A stretch of DNA of 64,000 bases from Oscillospiraceae bacterium (GTDB lineage: Bacteria; Bacillota; Clostridia; Oscillospirales; Ruminococcaceae): contig JAFLUF010000001.1 of the NCBI GenBank assembly GCA_022508925.1, positions 4,510 through 68,509 on the forward strand, given 5' to 3'. Under the pieces are notes generated by a model. That model was not told the DNA's origin. It made no database searches and was given only the letters and a program-made list of their open reading frames with translations. Below are positions 47,427-56,286 of the stretch, piece after piece (within the stretch, counting starts at the first letter, position 1; every line of letters starts with the position of its first letter). The position numbers were made by a program, and so were the translations under genes.

Positions 47427-49475
47427 ATGAAGAAAAATAAGCTGACGGGCGTTATTATTTACTTTTTGATCATTATTCTGCTGATAGTCGGAGTGGTGTC
47501 CGTGCTAAACTTCGCGAGCTCGAGCTCTCAGAAGGCGGCGGTGACCTATTCGGATATTATTTCCGAGTTTGACAAGCTGAATGTTTCGGCTTACGAGCTT
47601 GATTTAGGCAGCGGGATGCTCAAGTATTATATAAAGGGTACGGAAAACGACACTAAGGAAATGAAGACCTACAGTGTCCCGAATGTCAGTATTTTCATAA
47701 ACGACATCAACGCCGGATATACCACCGACGGGAAGATCGCGAATTACCGTCAGAGGTATAACGAGGCAAATCCCGACCATCCGCTGATAGAAAACTATAT
47801 CCCCATCTCGGATAATTCGTTCTGGCTCAATCTGCTTCCGTATCTGTTCCTGGTTCTTGTTATGGTAGTATTTACCGTAGTGATATTCAGACAGACCACG
47901 GGCGGCGGAAAGGTAAGTTCCTTTTCGCGCGCGAATGTCCGCCAGATGTCGGGCAAAAAGGTCACGTTTGCGGACGTAGCGGGCGCCGACGAGGAAAAGC
48001 AGGAACTTGTAGAGATCGTCGATTATCTTAAAAATCCCGGAAAATACCGCGATATCGGCGCGAGAGTTCCAAAGGGCGTTTTGCTTGTAGGCCCTCCCGG
48101 AACGGGTAAGACACTGCTCGCAAAGGCGGTTGCAGGAGAAGCGGGCGCGCCGTTCTTCTCGATATCCGGCTCGGATTTCGTGGAAATGTATGTCGGCGTC
48201 GGCGCTTCGCGTGTAAGAGATCTGTTTGACCAGGCGAAAAAGCACACTCCGTCTATCATCTTCATAGACGAGATAGACGCCGTAGGACGTCAGCGCGGCG
48301 CGGGTCTCGGCGGCGGTCATGACGAGCGCGAGCAGACCCTTAACCAATTGCTTGTTGAAATGGACGGCTTTACCGAAAACGAGAACATCATCGTTATGGC
48401 AGCCACCAACAGACGCGATATCCTTGACCCGGCTCTTATGCGCCCGGGACGCTTTGACAGACAGGTTGTCGTAAGCTATCCCGACATAAAGGGACGCGAG
48501 GAGATCCTTGTGGTTCATACAAGAAACAAAAACGTCGGTCCCGATGTTGACCTCAAGACTATCGCCGCTACTACGGCGGGCTTTACCGGAGCGGACCTTG
48601 AAAACCTCGTAAACGAGGCGGCTCTGCTTGCGGCAAGAAAGAACAAAAAGGCTATCACCAAGGAAGAAATAGAAGAAGCGACGATAAAGGTCGTTGCGGG
48701 TCCCGAGAAAAAGAGCAAGGTCGTTTCCGACGACGAAAAGCGTCTTACCGCGTACCACGAGGCGGGGCACGCCATCACCACCTATTTCTGCCCCACACAG
48801 GATAAGGTACACCAGGTATCCATCGTTCCGCGCGGTTCGGCGGGCGGATTTACCATGCATCTTCCCGAAAAGGACAGAAGCTTTATCTCAAAGACTTATA
48901 TGGAAGAGTCCATTGTCGTTCTGCTCGGCGGACGCGTCGCCGAAAAGCTTATTCTTGACGACATCTCCACCGGCGCGTCTAACGACATCGAGCGCGCTAC
49001 GAACTGCGCGCGTGATATGGTAACACGCTACGGTTTCTCCGAAAAGTTAGGTCCTATCCTTTACGGAAGCGCAGGCCACGAGGTATTCCTCGGCAGAGAT
49101 TATTCTCAGGGCAGAAACTACTCGGAAAACGTTGCTTCCGAGATAGACGCGGAAGTTCGCGAGCTTATCGAGACAGGCTATGAAAGGGCAAAGGATATTC
49201 TTACACAGCACGGCGATATGCTCGAAAAATGCGCGCAGTATCTGATGAAGCACGAGAAGATAACCGGCGCTGATTTCTACAAGCTTATGGACGGAGAGAT
49301 AACCGTTGACGGCGACAGGATAGACCTCTCAAAGCCCGAGACTTCGGAAGAGTCTCCTTCCGAGCCGGCTCCCGCTGATGATAGCACAGAAGAGCCTAAA
49401 CCCGACGTAAGCGCCGAAGAAACAAATACGAACGAAAACAGCGAAGAAACAAAGGCAGAAGATAATAACGAATAA
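47427..49475 (+). CDS. ftsH: ATP-dependent zinc metalloprotease FtsH
   Basis: 2 [28 protein letters not shown]. Confidence 0.97.
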   Translation: MKKNKLTGVIIYFLIIILLIVGVVSVLNFASSSSQKAAVTYSDIISEFDKLNVSAYELDLGSGMLKYYIKGTENDTKEMKTYSVPNVSIFINDINAGYTTDGKIANYRQRYNEANPDHPLIENYIPISDNSFWLNLLPYLFLVLVMVVFTVVIFRQTTGGGKVSSFSRANVRQMSGKKVTFADVAGADEEKQELVEIVDYLKNPGKYRDIGARVPKGVLLVGPPGTGKTLLAKAVAGEAGAPFFSISGSDFVEMYVGVGASRVRDLFDQAKKHTPSIIFIDEIDAVGRQRGAGLGGGHDEREQTLNQLLVEMDGFTENENIIVMAATNRRDILDPALMRPGRFDRQVVVSYPDIKGREEILVVHTRNKNVGPDVDLKTIAATTAGFTGADLENLVNEAALLAARKNKKAITKEEIEEATIKVVAGPEKKSKVVSDDEKRLTAYHEAGHAITTYFCPTQDKVHQVSIVPRGSAGGFTMHLPEKDRSFISKTYMEESIVVLLGGRVAEKLILDDISTGASNDIERATNCARDMVTRYGFSEKLGPILYGSAGHEVFLGRDYSQGRNYSENVASEIDAEVRELIETGYERAKDILTQHGDMLEKCAQYLMKHEKITGADFYKLMDGEITVDGDRIDLSKPETSEESPSEPAPADDSTEEPKPDVSAEETNTNENSEETKAEDNNE

Positions 49476-49480
49476 TTCAT

Positions 49481-49513
49481 TCGGAGCTGACAGGGAAGGC
49501 TTGTCAGCTCCGA
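49481..49513 (+). terminator. Hairpin after ftsH (terminator or processing stem)
   Basis: TCGGAGCTGACAG-GGAAGGC-TTGTCAGCTCCGA; weak U tract. Confidence 0.5.
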
Positions 49514-49535
49514 TAAAAATTTAAGGGGATTTTTT

Positions 49536-49955
49536 ATGATAGAATACATAGACGAGGCTCCTACGCTTGAAGAATACAAGTCAATGCGCAAAGCCGTAAA
49601 TTTTATGAATCTGTCGGACAGGATAGCCAAAAACGCTCTCAACAACGCTTTTCATATCACCACCGTCCGTGATAACGGCAGAGCCATAGGAATGATACGC
49701 GTGCTGTCCGACGGAAGCTACGCGAATTTCATCACCGATGTCATGGTTATTCCCGAGTATCAGAAAAAGGGAATAGGAACCGAGCTTATGCGAAGAACGG
49801 TGGACTATATGCGAAGCACCCTTGAAGAAGGCGAGACCATTGTTTTGTATCTTATGTCCGCCACGGGCAAAGAGCCGTTTTACAAGCAGTTCGGTTTTCG
49901 CGAGCGTCCCAACGAGGTCTGGGGCGCGGGCATGAGCCAATGGATATCCAAGTGA
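49536..49955 (+). CDS. GNAT family N-acetyltransferase
   Basis: DVMVIPEYQKKGIG, FYKQFGF. Confidence 0.9.
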   Translation: MIEYIDEAPTLEEYKSMRKAVNFMNLSDRIAKNALNNAFHITTVRDNGRAIGMIRVLSDGSYANFITDVMVIPEYQKKGIGTELMRRTVDYMRSTLEEGETIVLYLMSATGKEPFYKQFGFRERPNEVWGAGMSQWISK

Positions 49956-49964
49956 AAATAACTG

Positions 49965-49993
49965 TTGACAAACAGGTGTTTGTATGATATAAT
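49965..49993 (+). promoter_or_regulatory. Consensus sigma-A promoter of the small-peptide gene, with overlapping palindrome
   Basis: TTGACA-N17-(TG)TATAAT; ACAAACA-GG-TGTTTGT inverted repeat at 49968-49983. Confidence 0.8.
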
Positions 49994-50053
49994 AAAAATG
50001 TAGCCATGGGAGCGCGGCGGTTAGCTACACCAAGCGAGAGCGAGGTGATGCAT

Positions 50054-50137
50054 ATGCCGATAACTATAACGTTACATATCTTTTGTTTTACCGTAACGAT
50101 TAGAGTTAAAAAGCAGAACCGCCACTCTGGCAAGTGA
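50054..50137 (+). CDS. 27-aa peptide MPITITLHIFCFTVTIRVKKQNRHSGK (candidate type I toxin)
   Basis: GAGGTG RBS 6 nt upstream, dedicated promoter, stop codon inside the terminator hairpin; below the ORF-track cutoff. Confidence 0.75.
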   Translation: MPITITLHIFCFTVTIRVKKQNRHSGK

Positions 50138-50149
50138 CGGTTCTATTTT
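50108..50149. terminator. Bidirectional terminator shared by the peptide mRNA and antisense RNA
   Basis: AGAACCGCCACT-CTGGCA-AGTGACGGTTCT with ATTTT after it on + and GCTTTTT after it on -. Confidence 0.75.
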
Positions 50150-50197
50150 AAATATCTTCACACAAAGAGTCAACCGCCAAGCGGTTTACCTCTCATG
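50108..50197 (-). ncRNA. Predicted ~90-nt antisense sRNA (candidate antitoxin)
   Basis: TTGACA(50231-50226)-N17-TATAAT(50208-50203) on the minus strand with no ORF before the shared terminator. Confidence 0.65.
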
Positions 50198-50267
50198 GTT
50201 ACATTATAACACACTGTCACGCAAATGTCAAGAGCAATTGATGAAATTTTGTAATGAGAGGTAAATT

Positions 50268-50789
50268 ATGGAAAGATTTTGTCCTAAATGCGGTTCGCTT
50301 GTTGAGGGAACGGGTGCGTTCTGCCCTTCCTGCGGAGAGAGACTTGAAAGCGCGGTAAACCTTGAAAAACCCGATGTTATGCCGAGCGCTTCTCAGGGAA
50401 CGATGCCGGGTACCTCAGATCCTATCGTAAACAACACCGTGTCAAATACATACAGTCAGAACAGCCACACCGCGCAGATGCCCAATTATCCGCAGAGCTA
50501 CAACAGCGTAAGCGCGCCCGCCGAGGAAATGACAGTAGGACAGTGGGTACTTACGATCTTCCTGTCGTCGCTCGGAATTATCGGTATCATTTTGCTGTTT
50601 GTGTGGGCGTTCGGTTCTTCCGAGCCTACGGCAAAGAAGAATTACGCGCGCGCTATGCTCATCTGGGAAGCTATAGCGCTGGGAATCGTTATCCTGTTCT
50701 ACGCCGCGATGTTTGCGTGCAGCTTCGGAATGCTGGGCACATTGTTTGACGAGATGTATTATGATTACGCGATGATAGGTATGCTGTAA
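50268..50789 (+). CDS. Zinc-ribbon domain membrane protein
   Basis: FCPKCG...FCPSCG, low-complexity linker, TM helices (WVLTIFL...FVWAFG...KKNYARA). Confidence 0.82.
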   Translation: MERFCPKCGSLVEGTGAFCPSCGERLESAVNLEKPDVMPSASQGTMPGTSDPIVNNTVSNTYSQNSHTAQMPNYPQSYNSVSAPAEEMTVGQWVLTIFLSSLGIIGIILLFVWAFGSSEPTAKKNYARAMLIWEAIALGIVILFYAAMFACSFGMLGTLFDEMYYDYAMIGML

Positions 50790-50831
50790 TAATCAGGGAT
50801 TTTTACGACACATCTTGTTTTACCGAAATAG

Positions 50832-50866
50832 AAAACCACCGTACAGGCTCTGTGCGGTGGCTTTTT
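50832..50866 (+). terminator. Intrinsic terminator
   Basis: ACCACCGTACAG-GCT-CTGTGCGGTGG followed by CTTTTT. Confidence 0.7.
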
Positions 50867-50880
50867 GTTTGAATTAACAA

Positions 50881-50976
50881 CTCAGGCTGTTGCGGCATAA
50901 AATGCTTTTGCAGGGTATAAAAACCACAGCCGCGCCGATGGTGGCAAAGCTATGCGATGCCCGTGAATAGCCTGAG
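50881..50976. repeat. Nested inverted-repeat element (REP/MITE-like)
   Basis: CTCAGGCTGTT...AATAGCCTGAG ends enclosing GGCAT/ATGCC and GCTTTTGC/GCAAAGC pairings. Confidence 0.5.
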
Positions 50977-51046
50977 GCTTACAACGGCTGTTTTAAATAC
51001 CCAAAGGGGCGCGGGGGCATTTGTCCTCGCGCCTCACACTTTATGG

Positions 51047-51178
51047 TCACTGGCGGATATAAATACCCTGCTCTTCCATATAGTCCTCGAGCTCCTGCTT
51101 CATATCGCGTATCTTTTCCTCGTCCTGCGCGACTTTGTCATTCTGCTTTTGCTCTGCGGTTTTCTCTTTATCGTCCAT
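51047..51178 (-). CDS. 43-aa acidic small protein MDDKEKTAEQKQNDKVAQDEEKIRDMKQELEDYMEEQGIYIRQ
   Basis: GGAGGTG RBS, start overlaps the tag 3' end, followed by a GC-rich hairpin (51006-51035); below the ORF-track cutoff. Confidence 0.7.
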   Translation of the reverse strand: MDDKEKTAEQKQNDKVAQDEEKIRDMKQELEDYMEEQGIYIRQ

Positions 51179-51743
51179 TCTGTTCACCTCCGATATAACA
51201 GTCGCAGTCCTTTGCGTGCCCGTTGATAATACCTATTGCCTGTAAGTAGGAGTAAATAATCGTAGACCCTGTAAACTTCATTCCGCGCTTTTTTAAATCT
51301 TTTGAGATCTCGTCCGACAGGGGAGAGGTCGTGCGGATATCACAGCTCTCGAAGATAACCTGTCCGCCCGTAAAGCCCCATATATAGGCGTCAAACGAGC
51401 CAAACTCCTTTTGAATATCAAGAAACACCCGGCTGTTTGTAACGCACGCGTTTATCTTCAGCCTGTTTCTGATTATCGGCTGAGAAAGCAGCCATTCGCA
51501 TTTTTCTTCGCCATATCCGCTTATCTTTTCGGCGTCAAAATCGTCAAACGCTTTTTTGAAGGCTTCGCGTTTATTCAGTACGCATTCCCATGACAATCCA
51601 GCCTGAAAGCCCTCGAGAATAAGCAGCTCGAAAAGCGCTCGGTCGGAGTGCTCGGGCACACCCCACTCGCTGTCGTGATACTTCACATACAGCGGGTTTT
51701 TCATATTCACCCAGAAACAGCGGTTTACTATATTCTCAGCCAT
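51168..51743 (-). CDS. tag: DNA-3-methyladenine glycosylase I
   Basis: RCFW, YHDSEWG, LEGFQAGLSW, IIRNRLKI, GMKFTG, NGHAKDC. Confidence 0.95.
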   Translation of the reverse strand: MAENIVNRCFWVNMKNPLYVKYHDSEWGVPEHSDRALFELLILEGFQAGLSWECVLNKREAFKKAFDDFDAEKISGYGEEKCEWLLSQPIIRNRLKINACVTNSRVFLDIQKEFGSFDAYIWGFTGGQVIFESCDIRTTSPLSDEISKDLKKRGMKFTGSTIIYSYLQAIGIINGHAKDCDCYIGGEQNGR

Positions 51744-53862
51744 ACTGCCTTCTTCTGAGTCTGACCTTCCGGACCTTAACTCTTACCGGCTCCGAATCGG
51801 CGCTGTCAGACACCTCTTGTTCGCCCGCGGTATTTGCGGCAATATACGCCTGCTCGTAGAAATAAGCCTGAGCGTTGAGCGCCGGCATACCGTTCGGTTC
51901 AACGCGGCGGTACTTACCGTCGGACATAAGCTCTCTCGCCTTTACGTTATCCTGCATACAGGTGTTGAAGATATTGCATACCCTGTCCGCGAGCGCCTTG
52001 TCAAGAACAGGCGCCGCAACCTCTACTCTGCGCTCGGTGTTTCTCGTCATAAAGTCCGCGCTCGAAATATAGACCCTGCGGCGGTCGTTTTTGCCGAAAA
52101 TATAAATTCTGCTGTGCTCGAGAAAACGCCCTACGATAGAGATTACGCGGATATTTTCCGTTTCCCCCTCAATTCCGGGGATAAGACAGCATATCCCTCT
52201 TATCAGCAGTTCTACCTTTACTCCCGCCCTTGAGGCCTCAACAAGCTTTACGATAAGGTCTTTGTCCGTAAGCGAGTTTATTTTTATCCCGATATAGCCG
52301 CCGCTTCCGTATGTTATCTCGTTGTCGATAAGTCCTACAAGACGGCTCTTAAGCCCCTTGGGAGCGACAAGCAGCTTGTTGGTGCTTGTGACTGTGCTTT
52401 CCTCAGTCAGCGCGTTGAATACCACCGAAGCGTCCGCGCCTATCTCTCGGTTCGCCGTCATAAGCGTAAGGTCGGTGTACAGCTTTGAGGTGCGCTCATT
52501 GTAGTTTCCCGTGCCGACCTGCGTTATATAGCTTATGTCCGATCCGTCGCGGAGGGTTATAAGCAGCAGCTTTGAGTGAACCTTAAGCTCCTCAAGCCCG
52601 TAAATCACATTGACTCCCGCGTCCTCGAGCTGTTTAGACCAGCCGATGTTGTTTTCCTCGTCAAACCTTGCCCTGAGTTCCACCAGCGCCAGAACGTCCT
52701 TTCCGTTTTCCGCCGCCTTGTTAAGGGCGTTTATTATCTTGCTGTCGCGAGCCACGCGGTAGAGCGTTATCTTTATCGACGAAACGTTGGGATTTACCGC
52801 CGCCTCGTCAAGCAGCCTTATAAACTGGTTTATGTTCTCATACGGATAGCTAAGCAGTATATCCCTGCGCTTTATCTGTTCGATAAGCGATACGCCCCGC
52901 ATGACAGAGGATGGCTGACGAGGGGAAAGATGCCCGAAAAACAGGCTCTCTTCATTTTCAAGCCGCTTTTCAAGCAGGTTCATAAAACCAAGAGAAAGCG
53001 GCGTTTTCTGTTTAAAGACAAACGACTTTTTAACGTCAAGCACCTTTGTCAGTAGCTCCACGCTGTCGCTGTCGGGATTTCCGCGGAATTCAAGACGAAC
53101 GGGACGGAGCTTCTTGCGCTTTTTGATAAGCTTTGACATTATATCGCGGAAATCAACGTCGTGGTCAAACAGCGCCTCCTCAATGGGAATATCGGCGTTT
53201 CGCGTTACCCTGAAAATACAGCGCGACTGTATCACAAAGTTTGAAAACGCCTGCTTCGCGCAGTGGCTGATTATCTCCTCGATAAGCAGAAATTTTCCGC
53301 TTTTCGGCAGGAAAACCGCTCTCGGAAGATTTTCCGGCACCGGCAGGATACCGAAGGTGCTGCGCGTCTCCGTCTTTTTGCGTATCTTGCAGCCGATGTA
53401 TACCTCGCCGTTTTTGAAAAACGGAACGGGGTGTTTTTTGTCGACAAGTCCCGTAAACAAAAGCGGCAGCACCTCGCGCATGAAATACGCCCTGAAAAAC
53501 GCGTCCTCCTGCGGGGTAAGGGAGCTTTCGGAAAGATGCTCGATGCCGTATTCCAGAAGACCGTTCATTATATTTTCATACGCCTTGTCCTTTTCGGAAA
53601 TAAGCTTTCTTACGCTCTGCGCTATTGCCGAAAGCTGTTCCTTGGCGGTCATATTCGTCTTGTTGTCGCGGTCCTTGGGGTCGTAGCTCATCTTATCGAA
53701 AAGACTGCCGACTCTTATCATGAAAAACTCGTCGAGATTAGAGCAGAAAATACTTACAAACCTCAGGCGCTCAAAAAGCGGAGTGCTTTCGTCAAACGCC
53801 TCCTCAAGCACCCTCTCGTTAAATTTCAGCCACGAAAGCTCGCGGTTTTCGTAAAAGCTCAT
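51736..53862 (-). CDS. ppk1: Polyphosphate kinase 1
   Basis: NRELSWLKFNERVL, SNLDEFFMIRV, ELRARFDE, KVHSK, GTGNYN, GRFLEHSRI, SSADFMTRN. Confidence 0.97.
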   Translation of the reverse strand: MSFYENRELSWLKFNERVLEEAFDESTPLFERLRFVSIFCSNLDEFFMIRVGSLFDKMSYDPKDRDNKTNMTAKEQLSAIAQSVRKLISEKDKAYENIMNGLLEYGIEHLSESSLTPQEDAFFRAYFMREVLPLLFTGLVDKKHPVPFFKNGEVYIGCKIRKKTETRSTFGILPVPENLPRAVFLPKSGKFLLIEEIISHCAKQAFSNFVIQSRCIFRVTRNADIPIEEALFDHDVDFRDIMSKLIKKRKKLRPVRLEFRGNPDSDSVELLTKVLDVKKSFVFKQKTPLSLGFMNLLEKRLENEESLFFGHLSPRQPSSVMRGVSLIEQIKRRDILLSYPYENINQFIRLLDEAAVNPNVSSIKITLYRVARDSKIINALNKAAENGKDVLALVELRARFDEENNIGWSKQLEDAGVNVIYGLEELKVHSKLLLITLRDGSDISYITQVGTGNYNERTSKLYTDLTLMTANREIGADASVVFNALTEESTVTSTNKLLVAPKGLKSRLVGLIDNEITYGSGGYIGIKINSLTDKDLIVKLVEASRAGVKVELLIRGICCLIPGIEGETENIRVISIVGRFLEHSRIYIFGKNDRRRVYISSADFMTRNTERRVEVAAPVLDKALADRVCNIFNTCMQDNVKARELMSDGKYRRVEPNGMPALNAQAYFYEQAYIAANTAGEQEVSDSADSEPVRVKVRKVRLRRRQYG

Positions 53863-53877
53863 TTTCCTGACCTCCGA

Positions 53878-54987
53878 TTATTGCTTCTGGCTCTGCATTT
53901 TAAGGAAAGCGTTTATAAATCCGTCCAGCTCTCCGTCCATAACCGCGTTTATATTTCCGCTCTCAAAGCTTGTGCGGTGGTCTTTGGCGAGTGTGTAGGG
54001 CATAAACACATACGAGCGTATCTGGCTGCCCCATTCTATCTTGAGCTGTTCGCCCTTTATGTCGCTTATCTTGTCGAGATGCTCCTGCTCCTTTATCTGC
54101 ACGAGCTTACTCATCAGCATCTTCATCGCGAAATCACGGTTCTGTACCTGCGAGCGCTGTGTCTGACACGCCGCGACAAGACCCGTCGGCTTGTGAATAA
54201 GACGCACCGCCGAGCTTGTTTTGTTTATGTGCTGACCGCCGGCTCCGCTCGAGCGGAATACTTCCATTTCGATGTCCTCGGGTCTTATCTCGACCGAAAC
54301 GTCCTTTTCAAGCTCGGGCATCACCTCTACCGAAGCAAAGCTCGTATGCCGTCTTCCCGCCGCGTCAAAGGGCGAAACTCTCACCAGACGGTGAACTCCG
54401 TGCTCGCTTTTGAGAAAACCGTAGGCGTTATAGCCCTCGATGTGGATAGAGGCGCTCTTTATTCCCGCCTCGTCGCCGTCGAGAATGTCAAGTATCTCGG
54501 TCTTAAAGCCGTGAGAATCCGCCCACTTGGTGTACATTCTCACCAGCATCGACACCCAGTCCTGAGCCTCCGTGCCGCCCGCGCCCGCGTGGAAGGAAAG
54601 AATGGCGTTTGAGCTGTCGTATTCTCCCGTAAGCAGGGTAGACAGCCTCATCTCGTCGAGCGAGGTCTTTACCGTATCGGCAAGCTCCTTTACTTCGGGG
54701 AGCATACTCTCGTCGTTTTCTTCTTCCGCAAGCTCTATCATGGCCAAAACGTCGTCTCTGTTGGTGCAGAGCCTGTTGAACTGCTCGATAGTCTGCTTAT
54801 ATCGTCCTATCTGCTGTAAGATAGCGCTTGATTTTTCGGCGTCGTCCCAGAAATTCGGCTCGGTCGTTTTCATTTCAAGCTCGTCAAGCTTTATTTTCAC
54901 CGCGTCTAAGTTGAGCGCCGAGCGAAGCTCTTTAAGCTCGTTTTCAAGCCCTTCCATTTCAAGACGCGTTTCATCGTACTGTATCAT
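53878..54987 (-). CDS. prfB: Peptide chain release factor 2, uninterrupted reading frame
   Basis: SPF specificity motif (RVSPFD), GAGGQH, GGTEAQDW, WGSQIRSY; no internal stop. Confidence 0.97.
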   Translation of the reverse strand: MIQYDETRLEMEGLENELKELRSALNLDAVKIKLDELEMKTTEPNFWDDAEKSSAILQQIGRYKQTIEQFNRLCTNRDDVLAMIELAEEENDESMLPEVKELADTVKTSLDEMRLSTLLTGEYDSSNAILSFHAGAGGTEAQDWVSMLVRMYTKWADSHGFKTEILDILDGDEAGIKSASIHIEGYNAYGFLKSEHGVHRLVRVSPFDAAGRRHTSFASVEVMPELEKDVSVEIRPEDIEMEVFRSSGAGGQHINKTSSAVRLIHKPTGLVAACQTQRSQVQNRDFAMKMLMSKLVQIKEQEHLDKISDIKGEQLKIEWGSQIRSYVFMPYTLAKDHRTSFESGNINAVMDGELDGFINAFLKMQSQKQ

Positions 54988-55043
54988 AAATTATCCTTTC
55001 GTTACTGTGGTTTAGTGTTGTTATTGAATAGACACAAGCCCCG

Positions 55044-55076
55044 TCAGTAACGTCTGTGTATCGAATAAGTTCGCAT
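55044..55076 (-). CDS. Putative 10-aa leader peptide MRTYSIHRRY ending in UGA-C
   Basis: GAAAGG 9 nt upstream, downstream of the prfB promoter. Confidence 0.4.
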   Translation of the reverse strand: MRTYSIHRRY

Positions 55077-55115
55077 ATAATTCAGCCTTTCGGTTATTTT
55101 TCGGTCAATATATAT

Positions 55116-55144
55116 ATTATACAACTTTCAGCCGAAAATGTCAA
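55116..55144 (-). promoter_or_regulatory. Sigma-A promoter of the prfB-ppk1-tag operon
   Basis: TTGACA-N17-TATAAT. Confidence 0.78.
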
Positions 55145-55251
55145 GACAAGAAGTAATGAGTAAGCTTACGTCAGATTATTTCTCACTCACGCCCACGTCC
55201 GCGCACAAGCGCGGAAGAGAGCGTATATGTATATGTGCATGCGTTTGCATG

Positions 55252-55281
55252 AAAAAACGCGCCCGAAATTCAAGCGCGTTT
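55252..55281 (-). terminator. Intrinsic terminator after the aldolase-like gene
   Basis: AAACGCGC-TTGAATTTCGG-GCGCGTTT followed by further T residues. Confidence 0.65.
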
Positions 55282-55308
55282 AATATCTTTAAATATCTGC
55301 CCGCCTTA

Positions 55309-56286
55309 TCAGTAATTCTCAAGCAGCTGCTTGTAAAACTCGCTGTAGTCTCCGCGCTTTTCGGCGGTAAACTGCATTGCCTCGCGCGGGTGACGGTTAA
55401 GCTGTCCAGTCATCATGTACTGCAGGTCAAAGCCCCATACAACGCCCGATTCTCTGAGCGGGACCATATACTTTTCGATAAATCCGAGCGTCGGGAAAAT
55501 GCTGTATTTAGGATTCTTGAGGAAGCCGAGCAAAAGCTCCATAGCGCAGTTTCCCGCGCCGCGTCCCATCGCGAGCGCCGTCGCGTCGAGATACGAAACG
55601 CCCAGCGACAGCGTTTCGATAGTGTTCGCAAACGCCAAGTTCTGGTTGTTGTGACCGTGAAAGCCCACCTTTTTCCCGTTTGCCTCGGCATATTCGAGAT
55701 ATTTTGAGGCAAGCTCTCCCGCGTTTTCGGGAAACAGCGAGCCGTAGCTGTCCACAAGATAAATTACGTCGACCGAGCTTTTGGCTATCATGTCGAGCGC
55801 CTCGTTTATCTGATTCATGCTCGCCTGGGAAACAGCCATTATGTTGCAGCAGGTCTCATAGCCGAGCTTATGAAAATGCTCTACCATCTCTACCGCCGCG
55901 GGGATCTGGTGTATGTAGCACGCCACGCGTACCATATCAATGACGCTTTCGGACTTGGGAAGAAAATCCTCTTTATAATCACAGCGTCCCACGTCCGCCA
56001 TGACCGAGATCTTCATATCGGAGATATTATCGCCGACAATGGCGCGGATATCCTCTTCGTCGCAGAATTTCCACTTTCCGAATTCCTCTTTTTTAAACAT
56101 ATTTTTGCTTGCCTTATAACCGAATTCCATGTAGTCTATACCGCTCTTTATGTTCGCCTTGTAAAGCGCGGTCACAAACTCGTCGGTAAATTCAAAATTA
56201 TTGCATAGTCCGCCGTCGCGGATAGTCGCGTCAAGAACCTTTACGTCTGTTCTTACGCTCATCAGATTACCTTTTCTGTCCGGCAT
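55309..56286 (-). CDS. DRE-TIM metallolyase (HMGL-like / 4-hydroxy-2-oxovalerate aldolase-like)
   Basis: LDATIRDGG, LVDSYG, GFHGHNN, MGRGAGNCAME; substrate not assignable. Confidence 0.85.
   Translation of the reverse strand: MPDRKGNLMSVRTDVKVLDATIRDGGLCNNFEFTDEFVTALYKANIKSGIDYMEFGYKASKNMFKKEEFGKWKFCDEEDIRAIVGDNISDMKISVMADVGRCDYKEDFLPKSESVIDMVRVACYIHQIPAAVEMVEHFHKLGYETCCNIMAVSQASMNQINEALDMIAKSSVDVIYLVDSYGSLFPENAGELASKYLEYAEANGKKVGFHGHNNQNLAFANTIETLSLGVSYLDATALAMGRGAGNCAMELLLGFLKNPKYSIFPTLGFIEKYMVPLRESGVVWGFDLQYMMTGQLNRHPREAMQFTAEKRGDYSEFYKQLLENY

Noticed and set aside
47604-48860. 418-aa - strand ORF
   Set aside because: Antisense shadow of ftsH. The same applies to most 60-270-aa ORFs overlapping assigned genes.
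53263-54612. 449-aa + strand ORF
   Set aside because: Antisense shadow of ppk1/prfB with no recognisable motifs; explained by codon bias of the real genes.
54987-55076. Leader ORF as the first segment of a frameshifted prfB
   Set aside because: prfB is in the -1/+2 frame relative to it, a stop intervenes in that frame, and prfB is full length with its own SD.
55138-55707. 189-aa + strand ORF starting in the prfB intergenic region
   Set aside because: Mostly antisense to the aldolase-like gene, crosses its terminator, and has no RBS or motifs.
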